This document shows, piece by piece, positions 41,779 through 49,839 of a stretch of 64,000 nucleotides of DNA. Numbering within the stretch: position 1 is the first letter of the stretch; the number at the start of each line of letters is the position of its first letter. The notes under the pieces are model-generated. The model did no database searches and was not told the DNA's origin. It worked only from the letters and a program-made list of their open reading frames with translations. Source of the DNA: Gaiellales bacterium. Lineage in GTDB: Bacteria; Actinomycetota; Thermoleophilia; Gaiellales; JAICJC01. The DNA is taken from positions 73 to 64,072 of the forward strand of contig DASSEV010000020.1 in the NCBI GenBank assembly GCA_035695105.1, given 5' to 3'. The position numbers and the translations under genes were made by a program.

Positions 41779-43007
41779 GGTTCCGCCGTCAGCTCCTGCG
41801 GAGGCTGCAGCCACAGGATCCATGCCACCGGCGAGAGCGCCACCAGCGCCGCGCCCACCGCAAGCGCTCCGACGCCCGAGGTCTCCAGCCCGTAGCCTCC
41901 CACCAGCGCCATCGTCGCGCCGGACAGCGCGGCCACCAGATCGTTGAAGCCGAGCAGCGTCCCGCGCTCCACCGCGCTGGTCAGGTCCGCCATCTGCGCG
42001 GTCGCCGCGACGAACGAGATGTTCCAGCCGATGCCGAGGCCGAACAGCAGCACCGCGGTCGCGGGCACCCCGGTCGTCCACTGCAGGCCGAGCACTGACG
42101 CGGCCATCACCAGCAGACCGCCCGCCAGCGCGGGCCGCCGCCCGATGCGGTCGATCAGCCCTCCGACCACCAGCACCAGCGCGTACATCCCGAGCACGTG
42201 CGCCCCGACGATCGGGAACACCGAGTCCTGGCTGTGGCCGTGCACCTCGACGACGACGTAGCCCGTCAGGTTCATCACCGACACCATCGTCGCGAAGCTC
42301 GCCAGCCCGGCGCCCAGCGCGGGCAGCACGCCGGGCCGCCGCAGGATCTCGCCGAGAGGTGCCGCGGGCGCCGCCTCCGGCTCGCCGCGCGACCTGCCGA
42401 GCCGCACGGCGATGTCCCGGGGATCCGGCCGCACGAGCAGCATCACGCAGAGGGCGACGAGGGCCACGCCCGCGGCGGCCAGCCACGGCACCGTCAGCGT
42501 GCTCGCCTTCACGTCCCGGTTCGCGAACATGGGGCTGAACACCGCCGGCCCGAGCACCGCGCCGAACACGGAGCCGACGAGCACATAGGAGATCCCGCGC
42601 GCCCGGCGCTCCGGCTCGTACATATCCCCGGCGGCCGCCCTGATCAGGAGCGACGTCGCCATTCCCGTTCCGATCAGCACGAAGCCGAGCACCAGGATCG
42701 GCACCGACCCGGTGCGGGTCGAGAGCGCGGTCAGAGCGCAGCCGGCCGATAGCGTCAGGAACCCCGCGGCCAGAACCGGGCGCCTGCCGAACCGGTCCAT
42801 CGACCGGCCCGCAACCACCGCTGTCAGCCCCGAGGACGTCAGGAAGATGGCCGGCCCGAGGCCCAGCAGCCCGTGGTGCCCGGTGACGAGCACGAAGGTC
42901 AGCGACGAGACCGCCGCCGCCAGCTGCAGCACCACCGAGTTGACCGCAGTGGTGGACGCGAGCAGGACGGTGTTGCGCCTGACGGTGCGCTGCAGCTCCG
43001 CGTCCAT
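41775..43007 (-). CDS. MFS transporter
   Basis: Track ORF 41775..43145 trimmed to ATG 43007 (GGGAGG 9 nt upstream). Twelve-TM-type profile with the MFS loop motif GRSMDRFGRRP and its second-half echo DRIGRRP. Confidence 0.8.
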   Translation of the reverse strand: MDAELQRTVRRNTVLLASTTAVNSVVLQLAAAVSSLTFVLVTGHHGLLGLGPAIFLTSSGLTAVVAGRSMDRFGRRPVLAAGFLTLSAGCALTALSTRTGSVPILVLGFVLIGTGMATSLLIRAAAGDMYEPERRARGISYVLVGSVFGAVLGPAVFSPMFANRDVKASTLTVPWLAAAGVALVALCVMLLVRPDPRDIAVRLGRSRGEPEAAPAAPLGEILRRPGVLPALGAGLASFATMVSVMNLTGYVVVEVHGHSQDSVFPIVGAHVLGMYALVLVVGGLIDRIGRRPALAGGLLVMAASVLGLQWTTGVPATAVLLFGLGIGWNISFVAATAQMADLTSAVERGTLLGFNDLVAALSGATMALVGGYGLETSGVGALAVGAALVALSPVAWILWLQPPQELTAEP

Positions 43008-43047
43008 GGGGAGAGCCTCCCACATCGCCCGCGTATGATCGAGGCCG

Positions 43048-44061
43048 ATGGCGAAGGCCGAGGCAGTCGAGGTCGAGGCGGCGGGGCGCACGCTCCTGCT
43101 GTCGAACCCGCAGAAGACGTTCTTCCCGGAGCGCGGCGAGACCAAGCTCGACCTCGCGCGCTACTACCTCGCCGTCGAGCAGCCGCTGATGCGGGCGCTG
43201 GGCGGACGGCCGGTGCTGATGGAGCGCTACCCGGACGGCGCCGGTGGGTCGTCGTTCTTCCAGAAGCGGGTGCCGAAGAACGCGCCCGACTGGCTGCAGA
43301 CCGCGACGGTGCAGACGCCCAACGGCACCCCCTCCGAGGCGCTCGTCGCGGCCGACGTCGCGCACATCGTGTGGGCGGTCAACCTCGGCTGCATCGGGCT
43401 GCACGTCTGGCCCTACCGCGCGGCCGACCCGGAGCACGCCGACCAGCTGCGGATCGACCTCGATCCGTCACCGGGCGTGACGCTCGACATGGTCAAGGAG
43501 GCGGCGGCGGAGACGCGCTTGCTGCTGGCGGAGCTGGGTCTCGACGGCTATCCCAAGACGACGGGGCGGAACGGCATCCATGTGTACCTCGAGGTGACGC
43601 CCGATCAGGACTCGATCGTCGTGCGGGAGGCCGCTGTGGCGCTGGCCCGCGAGCTCGAGCGGCGGCGGCCGGATCTCGTCACCGCGGCGTGGTGGAAGGA
43701 GGAGCGGGGGCAGCGGGTGTTCGTGGACTTCAACCAGAACGCGCCGCACAAGACCGTGCTCGGCGCCTGGACGGTGCGGCCGCGGGTGGGCGCGCAGGTG
43801 TCGACCCCGTTCTCATGGGACGAGCTCGAGTCGATCGACCCCGACCGGCTGACGATCGAATCGGTGCCGGCCCGCGTTGCCGAGCGGGGCGACCCCTGGC
43901 AGCGGATGTCCGATCCGCCGCAGCGGCTGGAGCCGCTGCTCGAGCTGCATCGCCGCGACATGGCCGCCGGACTGATGGATGCGCCGTGGCCGCCCGTCTA
44001 CCCGAAGATGCCGAACGAGCCGGCGCGCGTCGCGCCGAGCCGGGCACGTAAGAGCGACTAG
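43048..44061 (+). CDS. Stand-alone LigD-type primase-polymerase domain (NHEJ PolDom)
   Basis: Motifs LSNPQKTFFPERGETKLDLARYY, ERYPDG, FFQKR, DQLRIDLDP, KTTGRNGIHVY and DFNQN are typical of the LigD polymerase domain. No ligase or Ku ORF is adjacent. Confidence 0.85.
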   Translation: MAKAEAVEVEAAGRTLLLSNPQKTFFPERGETKLDLARYYLAVEQPLMRALGGRPVLMERYPDGAGGSSFFQKRVPKNAPDWLQTATVQTPNGTPSEALVAADVAHIVWAVNLGCIGLHVWPYRAADPEHADQLRIDLDPSPGVTLDMVKEAAAETRLLLAELGLDGYPKTTGRNGIHVYLEVTPDQDSIVVREAAVALARELERRRPDLVTAAWWKEERGQRVFVDFNQNAPHKTVLGAWTVRPRVGAQVSTPFSWDELESIDPDRLTIESVPARVAERGDPWQRMSDPPQRLEPLLELHRRDMAAGLMDAPWPPVYPKMPNEPARVAPSRARKSD

Positions 44062-44675
44062 AGCCCCTGCCGCCGCGCCCAGATGCCGGCCTGCACCCGG
44101 TCGTCGACGCCGATCGTGCGGTAGGCGCTGGTCAGGTGCGCCTTCACCGTCTTCTCGCTGATGTCGAGCCGGCGCGCGATCTGCTTGTTCGGCAGCCCGT
44201 CGGCGACGAGGCCGAGCACCTCCCGCTCACGGTCGGTCAGCGACTCCAGCGGCCCCGTCGCCCGCTGCGCCGAGAGCATGGTGCGCGCCGCCCGCGGGTC
44301 GATCGGCGATTCCCCACGGGCGGCCGACCGAATGGCGCTGATCAGCTCGGCCGGCTCGGTGTCCTTCAGCAGGTAGCCGATCGCGCCCGCGTCCAGCGCT
44401 TCGACCACGCGGTCGCGGTCGACGAACGAGGTCAGCACCAGCACCTGTGCACCCGGGCAGCGCTCACCGATGAGGCGGGTCGCCTCAATGCCGCTCATCC
44501 CGGGCATCGACAGATCCATCAGCACGATCTCGGGGCGCTGCTCGGCAGCCAGCTCCACGGCTGCCGTCCCGTCGCCGGCTGACCCCACCACCTCGAGGTC
44601 GGGCGCGGCGGCGAGCAGCTGGACGAGGCCGTCCCTGACGATGGTGTGGTCGTCCACGACGAGCACGCGGATCAC
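44058..44675 (-). CDS. NarL/FixJ (LuxR-type) response regulator
   Basis: GTG 44675 overlaps the kinase stop (GTGA). Receiver domain (VLVVDDH, VLMDLSMPGMSG, LTS, YLLKD) plus HTH (LTDREREVLGLVADGLPNKQIARRLDISEKTVKAHL). Confidence 0.9.
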   Translation of the reverse strand: MIRVLVVDDHTIVRDGLVQLLAAAPDLEVVGSAGDGTAAVELAAEQRPEIVLMDLSMPGMSGIEATRLIGERCPGAQVLVLTSFVDRDRVVEALDAGAIGYLLKDTEPAELISAIRSAARGESPIDPRAARTMLSAQRATGPLESLTDREREVLGLVADGLPNKQIARRLDISEKTVKAHLTSAYRTIGVDDRVQAGIWARRQGL

Positions 44676-46006
44676 CGCAGCGGCACCTCGAGCTCGACGG
44701 TCGTGCCCGTTCCCGGCGCCGAGTCGACCCGCAGCCTGCCGCCGGCCGCCTCGGACAGATCGCGGAGCATCGAGAGCCCGAGGTGGCCCTCGCTCCGCCG
44801 AGCAGCGGCGTCCGCTGCATCGAAGCCGCGGCCGTCGTCGCGTACACGCAGCGTGACCGCCGTATCGGTCGTGTGTACGTCCAGGTCGACGTGGCCGGCG
44901 CCCGCGTGCGAGCCGGCGTTTCGCAGCGCCTCCTGCGCGGCGCGGAAGACCAGCTGCTCCACCTCGGTCGGCAGCCGCAGGCCGGGCTCGACCTCGACCG
45001 ACACGTCCACACCGCGGGCCGTGAGTGGTGCTGCTAGATCGGGCAACGCAGCCGAGAGGCCCTGCTCCTCGAGCGCGGGCGGGTAGATCTCGAGCAGGAG
45101 CGACCGCAGCTGGCGGATCGCGCTGCGGGTACCGGCGGCGCCGTCCTCGAGCGCGTCGCGCAGTTCCGGCTCGGTGTGCTCTCCCTCCAGAGCGGCCGCC
45201 ATCCGGAACCCGTGGCCGGCCAGCTCCTGCACCACGCCGTCGTGGAGGCCGGAGGCGATCGCACGCCGCTCGTTGGCCGAGGCGTCGACCGCGTGCTGCA
45301 GCGCCAGCTCGCGGTCGCGCTGGGCGTTTCGCATGCGCCGCGCCATCCAGTAGGCGAGCGGCAGCTGCAGGATCGCCAGCACCAGCAGCGCCAGGATGCC
45401 GACCGGCGCGAAGAGCCGCGCGACGCTGCGGCTGTCGCCGGCGATCGCGCTCGACCGCAGGTACTCCTCGTAGAGCACCGGCGTGCCGTCCTGCGCGCGC
45501 AGCCCCAGGTAGACGGAGGTGAGCGACCCCAGGTTCGTCTCGAACGTGTTCTCCGGCGAGTTGATGTTGGTCGGCTCGGCGGCGGTGGTCTGCGTTCGCA
45601 GCGCGGCGCGCTCGTCGGGGCCAAGGGTGAACGTGCGGCCGATCAGCCGCGGCTCGTCGGAGTAGAGGATCTTCCCGTCGGCGTTCCAGATCTTGATCCG
45701 CGCCACGTCGCTGGTCTTCACGCGTGTGCGGATGGTGTGGTCGAGCCGCGCAAGCGCGGCCGGGTCACCGCGCACGACGCCGGTGGTCAGGGCCGGCTCG
45801 ACGATCCCTCGGCCGGTGACCGTGGTCAGGCGCCGCGCGTCGCGAACCGCCTCCTGGTTTGCGAGGCTGCGGAGCGCCAGCGTGGCCGCCACTGCGACCA
45901 GGACCAGCACCGCGAGCCCCGATAGGGCGAACACGGCGACCGGCCGCAGGATGTCGTGCCGCGAGTGCACCCGATCAGCATGCCTCCTGGGAAGCGGCCG
46001 CGCCAC
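44672..46006 (-). CDS. Sensor histidine kinase, HisKA_3 (NarX/DesK-type)
   Basis: Two TM flank a ~170-aa extracytoplasmic domain. H-box ERRAIASGLHDGVVQEL. HATPase_c (NAGSHAGA, DDGRGF, GHLGLSML). Confidence 0.85.
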   Translation of the reverse strand: MARPLPRRHADRVHSRHDILRPVAVFALSGLAVLVLVAVAATLALRSLANQEAVRDARRLTTVTGRGIVEPALTTGVVRGDPAALARLDHTIRTRVKTSDVARIKIWNADGKILYSDEPRLIGRTFTLGPDERAALRTQTTAAEPTNINSPENTFETNLGSLTSVYLGLRAQDGTPVLYEEYLRSSAIAGDSRSVARLFAPVGILALLVLAILQLPLAYWMARRMRNAQRDRELALQHAVDASANERRAIASGLHDGVVQELAGHGFRMAAALEGEHTEPELRDALEDGAAGTRSAIRQLRSLLLEIYPPALEEQGLSAALPDLAAPLTARGVDVSVEVEPGLRLPTEVEQLVFRAAQEALRNAGSHAGAGHVDLDVHTTDTAVTLRVRDDGRGFDAADAAARRSEGHLGLSMLRDLSEAAGGRLRVDSAPGTGTTVELEVPLR

Positions 46007-46018
46007 GGTCCTAGGACC
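46007..46018. promoter_or_regulatory. Perfect 12-bp palindrome GGTCCTAGGACC in a divergent promoter region
   Basis: Lies immediately upstream of the kinase GTG (46006) and 80 nt upstream of the divergent secreted-protein gene. Candidate operator; function unknown. Confidence 0.25.
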
Positions 46019-46097
46019 AATGTCTCATTGCGACGTGGACCAGGCCGGCGCCACCCTGCATGCGACGCGGCCATCACAAACCAAAGGAGCAGGAACC

Positions 46098-46490
46098 ATG
46101 CGTCGATTCATCACCGTCATCTCGTCGTCCCTCGCGCTGCTGGCGGTGCTCGCCATCGCGGTGCCGGCGGCCTCAGCTGCGGTCCAGCGCCAGATCGCGC
46201 TCCATGGCAGCAGCTCGTTCCCCAACGCCACGGGAACCGCGCAGTACCAGGCCAGCTCCTCGCAGCGGGAGCTGCAGGTCGAGGTCGAGCACATCAAGGT
46301 GCTCGTGGGAAAGCACGTGAACATCTTCGTGAACGGCGCCAAGTGGGCCAGCCCCACGGTGAGCAGCCTTGGCAAGGTCGATGTCAGCCGCAACACGGAG
46401 CTGGGCCAGTCCGTGCCCACGATCAAGAGCGGCTCTACCGTGCGGGTGCGCACGCTGGGCGGCACGCTGATCGCAGGCGGCACGTTCTAG
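46098..46490 (+). CDS. Small secreted hypothetical protein (130 aa)
   Basis: AAAGGAG RBS. Signal peptide MRRFITVISSSLALLAVLAIAVPAASA|AVQ. Beta-rich sequence; no family recognised. Confidence 0.55.
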   Translation: MRRFITVISSSLALLAVLAIAVPAASAAVQRQIALHGSSSFPNATGTAQYQASSSQRELQVEVEHIKVLVGKHVNIFVNGAKWASPTVSSLGKVDVSRNTELGQSVPTIKSGSTVRVRTLGGTLIAGGTF

Positions 46491-46508
46491 AGAGAGAGGC
46501 GGGTAGCG

Positions 46509-46540
46509 GGCGGGGCGGGGAGGTGATCCCCCGCCCCGCC
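46509..46540. terminator. Strong bidirectional stem-loop between convergent genes
   Basis: GGCGGGGCGGGG-AGGTGATC-CCCCGCCCCGCC: perfect 12-bp G/C stem between stops at 46490 (+) and 46550 (-). Confidence 0.6.
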
Positions 46541-46549
46541 ACCGGCCTG

Positions 46550-46813
46550 TCAGCCGCCGCTGATCGCCGCGATCACGTCGACCCGCGCACCGTCCGCGAT
46601 CGGCGTGTCGAGCGCCGCCCGCTCGCGATCGACGTAGACGTTGATGTGGGGGCGAAGCGCCGGGCCCTCCTGGCAGAGCCGGTCGCGCAGCCCGGGCCAG
46701 CGGGCATCGAGCCGCTCGAATGCCTCGTCGACGGTGGCTGCCTCCACGTCGACTGTGCGCGGCAGGTCGGTGTACATCGACGGCAGCGTGGCCGGCAGGT
46801 GCACCGTCGCCAT
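46550..46813 (-). CDS. MoaD/ThiS-family ubiquitin-like beta-grasp protein with a C-terminal Gly-Gly
   Basis: Track ORF 46550..47725 trimmed to ATG 46813. 87 aa ending ...VDVIAAISGG*. The start lies 2 nt after the stop of the upstream BNR gene. Confidence 0.75.
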   Translation of the reverse strand: MATVHLPATLPSMYTDLPRTVDVEAATVDEAFERLDARWPGLRDRLCQEGPALRPHINVYVDRERAALDTPIADGARVDVIAAISGG

Positions 46814-46815
46814 GG

Positions 46816-47898
46816 CTACTCCACCACCGCCACCGAGACCGAGGCGATCGCCGGCAGGTAGCTCGCGATCTCCGTCCAGCTTTCGCCCTCGTCGCTGCTC
46901 GCGAAGACCTGGCCGGTGCTGGTGCCGAAGTAGAGGCCGGGCACGTCGAGATCGTCGATCGCCATGCCCTCGCGCAGGACGCCGAGATGGGCGTTGGCGT
47001 GGGGCAGCCCCTGGTCGAGGCGCTGCCACGAGGAGCCGGCGTTGCGGGTGCGCCAGACCGCGGCGTGGCCGTCGGGCATCATGCGGCCGTGGCCCGGGTC
47101 GAGCGGGATCACGTAGAAGCTGTCGCGGTCGTGCGGATGGGCGGCCGCGGCGAAGCCGAAGTCGGTCGGCAGGCCCTCGGTGATCTCGGTCCAGGACATG
47201 CCGCCGTCGTCGCTGCGGTGCATCCCGCAGTGGTTCTGCTGGTACATGCGCGAGTGGTCGGCCGGCGACATGACGAGCTTGTGGACGCAGAATCCGACCT
47301 CGTCGTACTCCCGCGGCCATGCGGCGCGCAGGCCGCTGTTGCGCGGCGTCCAGGTCGACCCGTTGTCGGTCGTCTCGAAGATGCCGATGCCCTGGATGAT
47401 GATCCAGTAGTGGTCGCGGCGCTCGGGGTCGGCCAGGATCGCGGGCATGCCGAGGTGGCCGGGCGGCTGGTTCGAGGGGACATTCCAGATCTCGCGGGCG
47501 GGCTGGTCGTCGAGCGTGGAGAGCAGCGACCAGGTCGCCCCCTGGTCGACGCTCTCGAACAGGCCGGCCGCCTCGGCGCCAGCCAGCAGCCGGCCGTGTG
47601 ACGCGGTCAGCCCGGAGATCTTCGAGAGCTTGAGCTCGCCTTCGTCGCCGTACGAGAGGCCCTCGCTGGAGAGCGTCCAGCTCTCGCCCATGTCGGGGCT
47701 GCGCCAGACGCCGGCGCCGTGCCACTCGCTGGCCGCCGCGGCGTAGAGCGCGCCCGACTCCGCGTCGCGGATCGCGCGGTAGACCGGCCAGCCGTCGCAG
47801 TAGGGCCCGCGCATGTCCCAGCTGCGGCGGTCGCTGTCGCTCTCGAGGATGAAGCAGCCCTTGCGGGTTCCGACGAGCAGGACGACTCTGGATGGCAT
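46816..47898 (-). CDS. BNR/Asp-box repeat beta-propeller protein (sialidase-fold / Ycf48-like)
   Basis: Repeated S-x-D-x-G-x-(T/S)-W motifs (SPDMGESWT, SVDQGATWS, TTDNGSTWT, SDDGGMSWT, RNAGSSWQ, SSDEGESWT). No signal peptide. Confidence 0.75.
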   Translation of the reverse strand: MPSRVVLLVGTRKGCFILESDSDRRSWDMRGPYCDGWPVYRAIRDAESGALYAAAASEWHGAGVWRSPDMGESWTLSSEGLSYGDEGELKLSKISGLTASHGRLLAGAEAAGLFESVDQGATWSLLSTLDDQPAREIWNVPSNQPPGHLGMPAILADPERRDHYWIIIQGIGIFETTDNGSTWTPRNSGLRAAWPREYDEVGFCVHKLVMSPADHSRMYQQNHCGMHRSDDGGMSWTEITEGLPTDFGFAAAAHPHDRDSFYVIPLDPGHGRMMPDGHAAVWRTRNAGSSWQRLDQGLPHANAHLGVLREGMAIDDLDVPGLYFGTSTGQVFASSDEGESWTEIASYLPAIASVSVAVVE

Positions 47899-47970
47899 GG
47901 CGGCACTCCCTGGGTTCGTGGTCAGAAGGGTTGACCGGCGAACACGGCCGAACTCATCGCCACGATAGCG

Positions 47971-48636
47971 CTACGCGACCAGGAGCTCAGGCGAGTCGTT
48001 GCGCACGCTGTTCACGGCAGGCGATGCGAGCGCCGCCGTCATCAGCCCGGCCGGGTACGCGCGCAGCATGGAGAGCGCGTGCTCGACGCTGACGGCGGGG
48101 TCGAGCCAGTCCTCCTCGGCCTGGTCGCCGAGGATCGCGGGCATGCGGTCGTGGACGGGAGCGACCAGCCCGTTCGCGCCGGTGGTGATGATGGTCGCGC
48201 TCTCGATCTGCTCGCCGGTCTCGCGGTCGGTCCACCTGGCCCAGAGCCCGGCGAAGCCGAACACCGCGCGGTCGAGCAGCGAGAACCGCACGGGCTGCTT
48301 CGTGCCGTCCGGCATCACGCGCCATTCGTAGAACCCGTCCGCGACGATCAGGCAGCGGCCGGTGCGAAGCAGCGAGCGGTATGCGGGGCGCTCGGTGAGG
48401 GTCTCGGCGCGGGCGTTGATCATCTCGTAGGCGAGCTTCCGGTCCTTGGCCCAGGCGGGGATCAGCCCGAAGCGCAGGAGCGCCGCCTCGTCGGCGCCGT
48501 CCCCGCCGCGACGGACGCCGAGCATGGACTGGCCCGGAGCGATGTTGAATCGCGGGCGCCAGTCGAACGGGATGTCGAGCGAGTAGGCCCGGATCACGGC
48601 ATCCGGATCCGCGCCGTTGGTGAAGCGTCCGCACAT
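47971..48636 (-). CDS. SOS response-associated peptidase (SRAP/YedK family, abasic-site DNA-protein crosslink sensor)
   Basis: Track ORF 47971..48669 trimmed to the MCGRF start (ATG 48636) with catalytic Cys2. Motifs NIAPGQ, INARAET and DGFYEW. Confidence 0.85.
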   Translation of the reverse strand: MCGRFTNGADPDAVIRAYSLDIPFDWRPRFNIAPGQSMLGVRRGGDGADEAALLRFGLIPAWAKDRKLAYEMINARAETLTERPAYRSLLRTGRCLIVADGFYEWRVMPDGTKQPVRFSLLDRAVFGFAGLWARWTDRETGEQIESATIITTGANGLVAPVHDRMPAILGDQAEEDWLDPAVSVEHALSMLRAYPAGLMTAALASPAVNSVRNDSPELLVA

Positions 48637-48858
48637 GGCCCCGACTGTAGAGACGCTCGCGGACGTCACAATCGGTCACGGATTGGTGCCGGTCTTCCCG
48701 CCGACCGGACACCGTGCTTTGAGACCGCTGGGCCGGCCCGGCTCGGCCGTCCGGCCCGGTGCGAGTGCCGCGGCTTGCCGAGCGCCGCAGGCCGGCAGCC
48801 GTCAGAATCCGCCGACTGTCCGACTCGTCCCGCCCGGTGGCGGTGGAAGGAGCCTCCC

Positions 48859-49839
48859 ATGATCGATCCCCAGCGCCGCTGGGCGGCATACGCCGACGGC
48901 AAGCCCGATTACGCCGGACTGCTCACCTACGGCGGCCTGCCCTACACCGAGGACGTCTCCGACCTCGAGGGCGTCGACGTCGCCATCGTCGGCGCGCCCA
49001 TGGACGAGCTCGTGTCCGACCGTCCCGGCACCCGCTTCGGCCCGCGCGCGATCCGCGCCGCCAGCGCGCCGCACGGCGTCCACCTGGAGGCTGGGGTGGA
49101 CGCCTTCGAGGTGCTGGGGGTGGTCGACTACGGCGACGCGCCGATCCTCCCCGCCGACCCCGAAGCCTCGCATGCAGCCATCTCTGCGCTCGTCGCCGAG
49201 GTGGCCGCTGCCGGGGCGATGCCGGTCGTGCTCGGCGGCGACCACTCCATCGCCCAGCCGGAGGGCGAGGGCCTGGCCCAGGTGCACGGGCCGATCGGGA
49301 TGATCCACTTCGACACGCACACCGACACGGCGACGCACCTCTGGGACGTGAAGCGGTCGCACGGCACCCCGATGTACTGGCTGGTGGAGGACGGCCACGT
49401 CGACCCGCGCCGCTACGTGCAGATCGGGCTGCGGGGATACTGGCCGGGCGAGGCCGAGTTCGGCTGGCAGCGTGAGCGCGGCATCACGTCGTTCTTCGCC
49501 CACGACGTGCGCGACCGCGGCATCCGCGAGGTGGTCGAGGAGGCGATCGCGATCGTCGGCGCCGGGCCCGTGCTGCTCACCGTCGACGTCGACGTGCTCG
49601 ACCCCGCCTTCGCACCGGGAACCGGCACGCCGGAGCCCGGCGGGCTGACGCCGCGGGAGCTGCTCTGGGCGTGCCGCACCGTCGCCGCGAGCGTCGACCT
49701 GGTCGGCTCCGACGTGGTCGAAGTGGCCCCCACGGGCGTTGGCTCGGCCGACGTCACGGCACTTGTCGCCGAGCGCGTCGTGCGGGAGACTCTTACCGGC
49801 GTCGCGGTGCGCCGCGGCTCCTCGACGAAGGGGGAATGA
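48859..49839 (+). CDS. Ureohydrolase (agmatinase / guanidino-acid hydrolase, arginase family)
   Basis: GGAAGGAG RBS. Mn-binding motifs LGGDHSI, HFDTHTDT and DVDVLDPAFAPGTGTPEPGG. Confidence 0.85.
   Translation: MIDPQRRWAAYADGKPDYAGLLTYGGLPYTEDVSDLEGVDVAIVGAPMDELVSDRPGTRFGPRAIRAASAPHGVHLEAGVDAFEVLGVVDYGDAPILPADPEASHAAISALVAEVAAAGAMPVVLGGDHSIAQPEGEGLAQVHGPIGMIHFDTHTDTATHLWDVKRSHGTPMYWLVEDGHVDPRRYVQIGLRGYWPGEAEFGWQRERGITSFFAHDVRDRGIREVVEEAIAIVGAGPVLLTVDVDVLDPAFAPGTGTPEPGGLTPRELLWACRTVAASVDLVGSDVVEVAPTGVGSADVTALVAERVVRETLTGVAVRRGSSTKGE

Noticed and set aside
48637-48858. Guanidine riboswitch upstream of the agmatinase-family gene, or a LexA SOS box upstream of the SRAP gene.
   Set aside because: I could not find the ykkC, mini-ykkC (ACGR loops) or ykkC-III conserved segments, nor a TCGAAC-N4-GTTCGA-type actinobacterial LexA box. 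Only the phased GTCAC repeats stand out.
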